From positions 971 to 64,970 of the forward strand of contig JAXGOR010000004.1 of the NCBI GenBank assembly GCA_040767365.1: a stretch of 64,000 bases of DNA, in the 5' to 3' direction. Below the pieces are notes generated by a model that saw nothing but the letters and a program-made list of their open reading frames with translations, searched no databases and was not told where the DNA came from. The stretch comes from Clostridia bacterium. GTDB lineage: Bacteria > Bacillota > Clostridia > Saccharofermentanales > DTU023. Below are positions 1-6,965 of this stretch, in pieces (position 1 is the stretch's first letter; the number at the start of each line of letters is the position of its first letter). A program made the position numbers and the translations under genes.

Positions 1-354
1 CAGGACCGAGAGCACAAAGATCGAGACCCCTCCCCGGCTGACCCAATCCAGGGCAATCATGATCAGGACCGAGAGGAGGGTCCCGGAAAGGGAGACCAGG
101 CCCGCGAGAAGTCCCCGGGTCATGAACACAAAAAGGCTTTTCAGGACCGCCAGGCCAAAGGCCTGACGCCGGCCCAAAAGGAGGAGGCAGGCCATGACCG
201 CGATATTGGCCAAGCCATAGCGCAGGGGTACCGGGGCCGGCAGGGGCGGCAGCAGGCTCTCAAAAAGACTCAAGGCCAGGGCCAGGGCCAGGAGGAGGCC
301 CAGGCGGGCCAGCTGGCGGGTCCGGTTGCCCCCGTCAGGCGATAAGGTCGACAT
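1..354 (-). CDS. Gx transporter family membrane protein (5' part; gene continues past the left edge)
   Basis: Reverse-strand translation from the ATG at 354 gives MSTLSPDGGNRTRQLARLGLLLALALALSLFESLLPPLPAPVPLRYGLANIAVMACLLLLGRRQAFGLAVLKSLFVFMTRG... This is multi-TM and matches the family formerly called heptaprenyl diphosphate synthase component I. The ATG overlaps the end of the NusG_II gene, which is the usual partner. It is absent from the ORF track because it is truncated. Confidence 0.55.
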   Translation of the reverse strand, partial: MSTLSPDGGNRTRQLARLGLLLALALALSLFESLLPPLPAPVPLRYGLANIAVMACLLLLGRRQAFGLAVLKSLFVFMTRGLLAGLVSLSGTLLSVLIMIALDWVSRGGVSIFVLSVL

Positions 355-754
355 GGTCGTCCCCCTCCGTCTTGTCCACGCCGGCGATGACGATCAGGAA
401 GCGGTTAGGCACACAGGCCGCGAACTCCCCCGGCCGGCCGATCCTGCCCGTCCGGACGCAGACCCTATCGGGGCAGTCCGATTCCACAAAGGCCACGGTC
501 CCGTCCTCATACTGCCTGATCAGGATCCGGGGATTCTCCGAAAAGCTATGGTCCTCCGCCAGACCTTCGATCAGTTCAATCTCCCGGATCAGGCGGTCCT
601 CATAATAGACCCGGGCCACCCGGTCCCCTCCCCCCCGGCGGGCCTGGCCGGCCCAGACAAAGAGACCCGCGATCACCAGGACGGCCAGGACGACAAAAAG
701 ATCACGCGGCCGGAAGAGGATCCGGCCGCGCGGCGTCTGGTCTATCTTTTTCAT
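335..754 (-). CDS. NusG domain II-containing protein (DUF1312)
   Basis: The last 139 aa of ORF 335..1369(-), starting at the ATG at 754: MKKIDQTPRGRILFRPRDLFVVLAVLVIAGLF...ESDCPDRVCVRTGRI... It has a TM anchor plus a CxxxxC beta domain, and an SD AAGGGGG upstream. The rest of that ORF is the antisense shadow of the next gene. Confidence 0.7.
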   Translation of the reverse strand: MKKIDQTPRGRILFRPRDLFVVLAVLVIAGLFVWAGQARRGGGDRVARVYYEDRLIREIELIEGLAEDHSFSENPRILIRQYEDGTVAFVESDCPDRVCVRTGRIGRPGEFAACVPNRFLIVIAGVDKTEGDDHVDLIA

Positions 755-785
755 CTGTTCCCGCCCCCTTTCGGGGCGCCCGCCA

Positions 786-2057
786 TCAACCAGTCGACCC
801 CTCACCCTCCGGAGGCTGGTTTTCCGATCCACCCGTCGAAGTGGTTGTATTTTCCGGGTCGGTAGTCGTCGGTTCATCCGTAGGATCCGTGTTCGTTTCC
901 GTGACATCGGTCGGATCCGTCTTCGAGGTCGGATCCGTTTTCGAGGTCGGATCCGATTCGGTTGGTTTAGTCGGTTTGGTTGGTTTGGTCGGTTTCGGTG
1001 TTGGGTCCGGTACAACTTCTGGCGTGGGCGTCGGATCTTCCGCCACTTTCGTTGTCGGTGTCGGGTCCGGCACAGTCGGGAAGGGGGCCGGTGGCGAGTA
1101 GCCCGGGTAGTTGGGATCGGTCGGATCCCAGTTCCGGGATCCCCCAAGGGCTGGCGGCAGAGGAGCCGGGCCCAGGGGTGTCCTGCCTGGGAAGGCGGAG
1201 CTGTAACTGGAGATGACATAGCAGGGCATGCCCCGGTAGGTGTTGTTGTAGAGGAACTGGGCGTCCCGCAAGGCCATGCGGATGCAGCCATGGGAACTGG
1301 TCCGCCTGCCCAGCACATCATAGCCACTGTACATGTAGCAGCGGCTGGGATCAAACCTGCTCCCCACATAATCGTAGGGGACGGAGTGGAACCAGATGGA
1401 GCCGCTCATGTGAGTGGCGTAGCGGACCCAGCAATCGATCGTGCTCTTGGAGGACCTGAAGATGGTCAGAGTCGCCTTCCTCCCCCCCAGGTAATAGGGC
1501 CGGCTGGGACCGGGGGCAGGCGTCGGATAGCGGGCAGTTCCCGTAGAGCAGCGGATGGCGTAGGCCTCGTACTCCTGCCCTGTCGCCGGATTGATCTTGT
1601 AGAAGATTATCCGCTGCAGGTCGATGAAGACCCGGATGGAGGAAAATCTCCCCCCCAGATTATAGGTTGGCACAGTCGTAGCTTTAGTCGTAGTCGTGCT
1701 TGTCGAAGTCGAGGAGGTTGAGCTGGTGCTGGTCGGCGAGGTCGACGACAGGGTCGTCAGCTCCTGAGAAGGGTCGGTCGGGGCCGGTCGTCCCGACTGC
1801 CGGCGCTCCTGCAGACTAAGGATATGGTAGATGTCATCCAGGGAGACCGGTTCCTCCTGCAGGGCCAGCACCTCATGGGGATCCGTCACGGTAGTCTCCG
1901 GTGGCTGGGTATCCTCCGCCAGGGTATATTGATTGTTGACGCTGAAGCCCCCTGTCAAAAGAATGGCGGCCGACACAAAAACAATGCCAAGCATGACGGG
2001 GATATAATTGACAAGCCTCTTCACAAGATAGGTCCCTTCCAGTCTGGGAATTTCCAT
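786..2057 (-). CDS. L,D-transpeptidase (YkuD domain) with Ser/Thr linker and Pro/Thr/Lys/Asp-rich C-terminal repeats
   Basis: Membrane anchor IPVMLGIVFVSAAILL, a STSPTSTSSTSSTSTSTTTT linker and a catalytic core with SHGCIRM. The C-terminus reads ...PTKPTKPTKPTESDPTSKTDPTSKTDPTD. Start taken as ATG 2057 (alternative GTG 2024). The ORF-track start at 2168 is unlikely. Confidence 0.85.
   Translation of the reverse strand: MEIPRLEGTYLVKRLVNYIPVMLGIVFVSAAILLTGGFSVNNQYTLAEDTQPPETTVTDPHEVLALQEEPVSLDDIYHILSLQERRQSGRPAPTDPSQELTTLSSTSPTSTSSTSSTSTSTTTTKATTVPTYNLGGRFSSIRVFIDLQRIIFYKINPATGQEYEAYAIRCSTGTARYPTPAPGPSRPYYLGGRKATLTIFRSSKSTIDCWVRYATHMSGSIWFHSVPYDYVGSRFDPSRCYMYSGYDVLGRRTSSHGCIRMALRDAQFLYNNTYRGMPCYVISSYSSAFPGRTPLGPAPLPPALGGSRNWDPTDPNYPGYSPPAPFPTVPDPTPTTKVAEDPTPTPEVVPDPTPKPTKPTKPTKPTESDPTSKTDPTSKTDPTDVTETNTDPTDEPTTTDPENTTTSTGGSENQPPEGEGSTG
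910..996. repeat. In-frame tandem DNA repeats inside the ldt gene: 18-bp units followed by 9-bp units
   Basis: GTCGGATCCGTCTTCGAG (910-927), GTCGGATCCGTTTTCGAG (928-945) and a partial GTCGGATCCGATTCG (946-960). These are followed by GTTGGTTTA / GTCGGTTTG / GTTGGTTTG / GTCGGTTTC (961-996). On the coding strand they encode the DPTSKT and KPT repeats. Confidence 0.85.
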
Positions 2058-2146
2058 TATTATACACAAAGACTTTGGGTAATCATAGCGTGTAATCCGA
2101 TCCCGGGAGTAAAAACCCGGCCTACCCAAGGGGGCCCGCCCACCAA

Positions 2147-2182
2147 GGAAAACCGCCGTCCCCCCCAAAGGGAACAGCGGTT
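2147..2182 (-). terminator. Candidate intrinsic terminator after the second ldt gene
   Basis: The minus strand reads AACCGCTGT-(14 nt)-ACGGCGGTT followed by TTCC. The stem is 9 bp with one mismatch and the U-run is short. Confidence 0.4.
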
Positions 2183-2248
2183 ACGGTTCAAGCTGGAGAT
2201 TGTCAGCCTCTCCCCGGGCTCTCTCCTTAATCGTTAATTAATTTTCCC

Positions 2249-3490
2249 TTAGTCCGGTTCATCCGGTTCAGACGTATCTGGCTCTGTGGTTGACTCCGTG
2301 GGCGTCGTTGTCGGTGGCGGATCAGTGGTCGTTGCCTTCGTGGTCGCCGGCGCCTCCGTGGTCGTCGTCGGTGCCTTCGTGGTCGGTGGGGCCGTTGTCG
2401 GCTCAGGAGTCGGGGGCTCCGTCTCGGTCGGTGGGGTCGTTGCCGTCATCTCCTCCTCTGTGACCACCTTGATCTTGGTCCTGAGCTCCTCATAGGAGCC
2501 GTCCGGATAGCTGATGACGATCAGGACCGTCCTCAGGACGGGATTGGCCACATCGGGTGTGTAGAGGTAGCGGTAGCTGGTGCCGGCTGGGAGCTGGTCC
2601 TTGTTGGCGACACAATCCGCCGCGGGGGGGAGGGTACCGGCCGGGGTCATGGGTTGGGCGGCCGCCGGCTTGTACTTCCAGGCCATATTGTTCTTCTCGC
2701 GCTGTCGGTAGGGGTTGGCGGGGTCCATGTCGGTGGGGTCCCAGCGGGTATTGAGATCGACCGGGGGCAGGCCCTCGGCCTCGGGGATGGTGTAGCCCTT
2801 GCTGCTTTGGAAAACATAGACCGCCATACCCTTGTGGACATTGTCGGCCAGCCAGATGGCGTCCCGCATAGCCAGGCGGATGCAGCCATGCGAGATGGTG
2901 TTCCGGCCCAGGCTCCGGTAGCCCGCCAGGTTGAAGAGGCTCTTGTCAAGGGGGACATCCTTGCCGTCCGGATCCACGAAATGGTCGTAGGGTTGTGAAT
3001 GGAAGAAAATGTCGCCGGCGACATGGGTGGCGTAGCGGACCCAGACGATGGGGCGGGATTTGGTGAAGAGCATGAGGCGGGCCGTATAGCCTGAAATGAT
3101 GTGGGGCTTGTCGGCCGGCGTCGTCGGCGTCTTCAGGGCGCCCGCGCCGGTGGAGATCCGGAGGGAGACCTCGGCCATGGGCTCACCATCTTCGGGCGTA
3201 TGGAAGAAGACGGCTCGCTGGATATCGAGGAAGACAATGACATGGGAGAAATGGTGGATTACCGGGGCTTCCGTGGTCGTAGTCGTAGTCGTGGTGGTCG
3301 TGGTCGTGGTAGTTGTCGTGGTGGTCGTGGTCGTAGGCGTGGTGAAGTCGAAGTCATCCGGCGGATCCTCCAGACCTGCCGTCGGGGAAACAGGCGTCCG
3401 GCGGCAGGAAAAGGCGCACAGGGCCGAACTCATAAAAATGACAGATATAATAAGAAGCACGATGGCTTTCCGGTCAAGGATGCGTTTCAT
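2249..3490 (-). CDS. L,D-transpeptidase (YkuD domain) paralog with a 21-Thr run, an extra C-terminal domain and a PT-rich tail
   Basis: N-terminal signal/anchor MKRILDRKAIVLLIISVIFMSSALCAF and a catalytic SHGCIRLAMRD motif. It shares the WDPTD motif and the VRYATH..FFHS core with the 786..2057 product. Confidence 0.85.
   Translation of the reverse strand: MKRILDRKAIVLLIISVIFMSSALCAFSCRRTPVSPTAGLEDPPDDFDFTTPTTTTTTTTTTTTTTTTTTTTTEAPVIHHFSHVIVFLDIQRAVFFHTPEDGEPMAEVSLRISTGAGALKTPTTPADKPHIISGYTARLMLFTKSRPIVWVRYATHVAGDIFFHSQPYDHFVDPDGKDVPLDKSLFNLAGYRSLGRNTISHGCIRLAMRDAIWLADNVHKGMAVYVFQSSKGYTIPEAEGLPPVDLNTRWDPTDMDPANPYRQREKNNMAWKYKPAAAQPMTPAGTLPPAADCVANKDQLPAGTSYRYLYTPDVANPVLRTVLIVISYPDGSYEELRTKIKVVTEEEMTATTPPTETEPPTPEPTTAPPTTKAPTTTTEAPATTKATTTDPPPTTTPTESTTEPDTSEPDEPD
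3272..3334. repeat. Run of 21 consecutive Thr codons (mixed ACG/ACC/ACT/ACA)
   Basis: Counted codon by codon on the minus strand between the Pro codon (3335-3337) and the Glu codon (3269-3271). Confidence 0.9.
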
Positions 3491-3785
3491 GGGCGCTTGT
3501 TATTCTCCGCTATAACTAGTCTGGGGTCAGGCCAACGGTCGCGTCAACCTGCAATCCCTAACAAAATACCACATGACCAGTCTTTTGGTAAGTGGCCTTT
3601 ATTACCTTTTATAGACAGGATTTTGTCAAATTCCTGAGTTTTTTCTGTCTATAGATTTCAAGAGGATGGGCCCCAAAGGGCGGGCGGGTCACAGAATCCT
3701 AATACCCTTGTGCTATTATTAATCGGATATTTCCCCAAATGACTCGAAGGCAAGAGCCACACCCTGAACAGGGAGGGATGACCCT

Positions 3786-4760
3786 ATGTTCTATCGCAGG
3801 AGCGACGGCACACTCGTAAAAGATACACGTGACCCCATCGGCGATATCATGCCCTACATCATGCGAGGGCGCAATGAATCCGCCGTCTACTACAGCAAAT
3901 CCTACTGCGTCGAGAATATCCAGCAATACATCCGGGACCAGCGGAAAAAAGGCGTACGGATCACCGTCTTCAACATCATCTCGGCCGCCTGCCTCCACAC
4001 CTTCCTGCGCCGGCCCCACCTCAACCGTTTCGTGGCCGGCCGCCGGCTCTACCAGCACAATACCTTCGACATCCTCTATGTGGTCAAGACCTCACTCACG
4101 GACGATGGCATCGAGTCGGTGGCCCGGGTCAGGTTCGACGGCGAGGATACCCTGCTCAATGTCAAGGACAAGATGGCGGAGAGCGTCGATGAGATCAAGG
4201 GGACGACCGGCAAGGACGATGACCGCTTCATCGGGCTCATCGCGAAACTCCCCCGCTTCATCAAACGCTTCATCGTCGGCGTGGCCAGGGTCCTGGACTT
4301 CCATGGCATGATGCCCAAGGCCCTCATGGAACTGATCCCCCTCTACTCCTCAATCTTCATCTCACACATGGGGAGCATCGGCGGTGACGCCATGTTCCAT
4401 CACCTTTACGAATTCGGCACCACCTCCATCTTCTGCACCATCGGGAGGATCTATCTCAAACCCTACCGGGACATCCGGACCGAGGAAGTGGTCTGGAAGA
4501 AGACCATCGACCTCAACATCACCCTGGACGAAAGGATCTGCGACGGCTTCTATTTCATCAAGAGCCTGGAACTTTTCGATACCCTGATTGACAAGCCCTC
4601 CCTCATGGAAATGACGCCCAACCAGGCCATGGCCGAAGCGGAAAAGGCCAGGCGGGAACGTGAGGAAAGGGCTCGGGCCAAGCAGGCCAGCAGGCAGGCC
4701 TCCAATATGGAGGACTACTGGGAGGATATGATGGAGCACCCGGAGGGGGATGAACCCTAG
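3786..4760 (+). CDS. 2-oxoacid dehydrogenase acyltransferase (E2) catalytic-domain family protein, no lipoyl domain
   Basis: 324 aa. C-terminal core ...TIDLNITLDERICDGFYFIKSLELFDTLI matches the CAT/E2 fold motif DHRxxDG but with Glu for His. SD GGGAGGG lies 8 nt upstream of the ATG. Confidence 0.65.
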   Translation: MFYRRSDGTLVKDTRDPIGDIMPYIMRGRNESAVYYSKSYCVENIQQYIRDQRKKGVRITVFNIISAACLHTFLRRPHLNRFVAGRRLYQHNTFDILYVVKTSLTDDGIESVARVRFDGEDTLLNVKDKMAESVDEIKGTTGKDDDRFIGLIAKLPRFIKRFIVGVARVLDFHGMMPKALMELIPLYSSIFISHMGSIGGDAMFHHLYEFGTTSIFCTIGRIYLKPYRDIRTEEVVWKKTIDLNITLDERICDGFYFIKSLELFDTLIDKPSLMEMTPNQAMAEAEKARREREERARAKQASRQASNMEDYWEDMMEHPEGDEP

Positions 4761-5815
4761 TCCAGCCTGAACTCCCTCGCCTCCTCCTCTCCCCGCATGA
4801 CCCGATAGGCACCACCGGCCAGGGCCTCCATTTCCAATTCCCCCGGAAGGATGTGGACGGGCGCGATGAAGGCGACCTGCCGGGTCACCTGGTCCGTGAT
4901 CAGCCTGGACCTGGCCAGGCCCCCCGTCAGGATGATGGCCCGGACCTGACCTGAGGCCGCCGCCGCCAGGGCCCCGATCGACTTGGCCAGCTGGTAAGCG
5001 ATCCCCTCATAGAGAAGACGGGCGTAGGCGTCCCCTTCCAGAGCCGCCCTTTCAATCGCGATGGCGTCATTGGAGCCTGTATAGGAGAGAAGGCCCCCCC
5101 GGCCCGTCGCGTACTGGTAGAGGGCATCAATCCCCTCCGCCCGGGCCAGCCGGTTGACCGTAAAGAGGGGGAGGCCCCCCGAGCGCTCAGTCGAGTAGGG
5201 CCCCTCATCGGCGGACACGATATCGGTGATCAGGCCCCTGGCCTGGAGACTCAGGCTTATCCCGCCGCCCAGATGGGCCACGATCAGGTTGACCTCCTCC
5301 AGGTCAAAACCCTCTTCTTGGGCAATGGCCCGGGCCACAGCCCGCATATTGAGGATGTGGCCATAGCTTTTCTTCTCATAGCCCTTGACGCCGGACAGTC
5401 GGGCGACCTCCAGGAGTTCATCGACAGACACCGAGTCATAGATCAGGGCCGGGATCTCCAGGCCACCCCCGATCTCCAGGGCAATGGGGGCGCCCAGGTT
5501 GGACGCGTGCTCCTCCGCGGGATTCTCAAGGAGGAACTTGACCATGGCCTCGTTGACGGTATAGGCGCCATGACGGACGGGCGGCAGCAAGCCGCCCCGG
5601 GCGACGATGACATCCAGGTCACCCGGCTCAAGGCCAATCTCCTGGAGGAATTCCCTGACCCGGGCCACCCGGAGGGGGAGCTGCTCCCGGGTCAGCTTGA
5701 ACTGGCCCAGCTCCTGGTTGGAATGGTTGAGCTTCTTCTCGTGCAGGAGCTGGAGGGATTCAAAAAGGGCCACCTTGGTTGAGGTGGAACCGGGATTGAT
5801 TACCAGGATTTTCAT
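4757..5815 (-). CDS. buk: butyrate kinase
   Basis: MKILVINPGSTSTKVALFE... is the ASKHA acetate/butyrate kinase N-terminus. 352 aa, SD AGGAGGGAG, directly downstream of ptb. Confidence 0.9.
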   Translation of the reverse strand: MKILVINPGSTSTKVALFESLQLLHEKKLNHSNQELGQFKLTREQLPLRVARVREFLQEIGLEPGDLDVIVARGGLLPPVRHGAYTVNEAMVKFLLENPAEEHASNLGAPIALEIGGGLEIPALIYDSVSVDELLEVARLSGVKGYEKKSYGHILNMRAVARAIAQEEGFDLEEVNLIVAHLGGGISLSLQARGLITDIVSADEGPYSTERSGGLPLFTVNRLARAEGIDALYQYATGRGGLLSYTGSNDAIAIERAALEGDAYARLLYEGIAYQLAKSIGALAAAASGQVRAIILTGGLARSRLITDQVTRQVAFIAPVHILPGELEMEALAGGAYRVMRGEEEAREFRLD

Positions 5816-5828
5816 AGCTGGCTCCCTC

Positions 5829-6722
5829 CTAAAGGGTCCTGCCGGAAAGCAGGGCCGAACAGGCGATCGAGTAGATTTTCTCCTCCCTGGAAGCGGAGCG
5901 GGAGGTCAGGATGACAGGTGACTTGGCCCCTGCCAAGAAGCCCGCCAGGCGGGCGCCTCCCGTGTAGACCATGGCCTTGGCAAGCACATTGCCCAGGACA
6001 AAATCGGGGACCAGGAGGAGGTCGGCGTCACCGGCGACCGGGCTCTCATAACCCTTGATGGCCGCCGCCTCCCTGGAGAAGGCCAGGTCGAAGGAGAGGG
6101 GCCCCTCGACGATACAGTCCCTGATCTCCCCCCTTTGGTTCATGGCCTTCAAGGCAGCTGCCTTCACCGTCTCCGGCATGCGGTCGTGTTCCTTCTCGAC
6201 AGCGGCCAGGCAGGCCACCTTGGGCAGGTCGACCCCCAGACCCCGGGCGGCGGTCAGGGCGTTCTCCAGGATGCCCCGTAGCTGGTCCAGGTCGGGATAC
6301 ATAACCATGCCACCGTCTGACAGGAGCAGGAGCTTGTGGTAGGCGGGCACATCCAGGATGGAGACATGGGAAATGAGGGAGCCTGTAAGCAGGCCATACT
6401 CCTTGCTGACAACCTCCTTCAAAAGGACAGCCGTATCGATATTACCCTTGAGGATCATGGCGAGGTCACCGGCGTGAACGCCCGCGACAGCCCGGGCGGC
6501 CGCCTCACGCGGGTCGGCCAGCTGGTGCAGGGAGGCCGGGTCGACGCTTTCCTGGCCCCAGTCCCCCTCCCCGACCGAGAAATAAACGGCCTCGATCAGG
6601 CCCAACCGCTCCGCCTCCCGGGCCGCCGCCGCCGTAGGCTGGTCGGGACAGACGACCGCGCAACGCCTTTTCACAGGATTGACGGTCACTTCCTCCATGA
6701 TCCTTGAGAATCTGTTTTCCAT
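5829..6722 (-). CDS. ptb: phosphate butyryltransferase
   Basis: 297-aa PTA_PTB family protein (…LLLSDGGMVMYPDLDQ…, …KSPVILTSRSASREEK…) immediately upstream of buk. Confidence 0.85.
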   Translation of the reverse strand: MENRFSRIMEEVTVNPVKRRCAVVCPDQPTAAAAREAERLGLIEAVYFSVGEGDWGQESVDPASLHQLADPREAAARAVAGVHAGDLAMILKGNIDTAVLLKEVVSKEYGLLTGSLISHVSILDVPAYHKLLLLSDGGMVMYPDLDQLRGILENALTAARGLGVDLPKVACLAAVEKEHDRMPETVKAAALKAMNQRGEIRDCIVEGPLSFDLAFSREAAAIKGYESPVAGDADLLLVPDFVLGNVLAKAMVYTGGARLAGFLAGAKSPVILTSRSASREEKIYSIACSALLSGRTL

Positions 6723-6886
6723 AATTCACCCCGCAAAATGAAGACCGCGGCGGTCGGAGACCCCCAGACGGTTTGTACTTAATCACTATAGCACGGCCGA
6801 CGAGGGGGCCGGCCCCGTGTGCCATAGGGATAAATCCGGATTAGTAATACTATACATATTCAGACAGGAAAGCCACCTCCTTCTTA

Positions 6887-6913
6887 TTGGATATTCCACC
6901 CCTGTGTTATAAT
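6887..6913 (+). promoter_or_regulatory. Candidate sigma-A promoter of the xdh-like operon (extended -10)
   Basis: TTGGAT (6887-6892), a 15-nt spacer, then TGTTATAAT (TG at 6905-6906, TATAAT at 6908-6913), about 50 nt upstream of the ATG at 6966. Confidence 0.4.
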
Positions 6914-6965
6914 TCTTGGAGGCTAAGGGAGCTTTTCCCGGTAAATTCAAAAGAGGGAGTTAGCT

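Noticed and set aside
335-1369. N-terminal extensions of ORF-track ORFs: 335..1369(-), 44170..45369(-), 786..2168(-), 42107..43159(-), 55144..58404(-), 27011..28546(-).
   Set aside because: Internal ATG/GTG codons with good SD sequences match the homologous N-termini. The extensions run through neighbouring genes, terminators or promoters.
6793-6825. GC-rich hairpin CACGGCCG-ACGAGGGGG-CCGGCCCCGTG in the ptb/xdh divergent region, considered as a riboswitch or attenuator.
   Set aside because: There is no flanking U-run on either strand and no recognisable riboswitch core. It is probably just a GC-rich UTR structure, and the evidence is insufficient.
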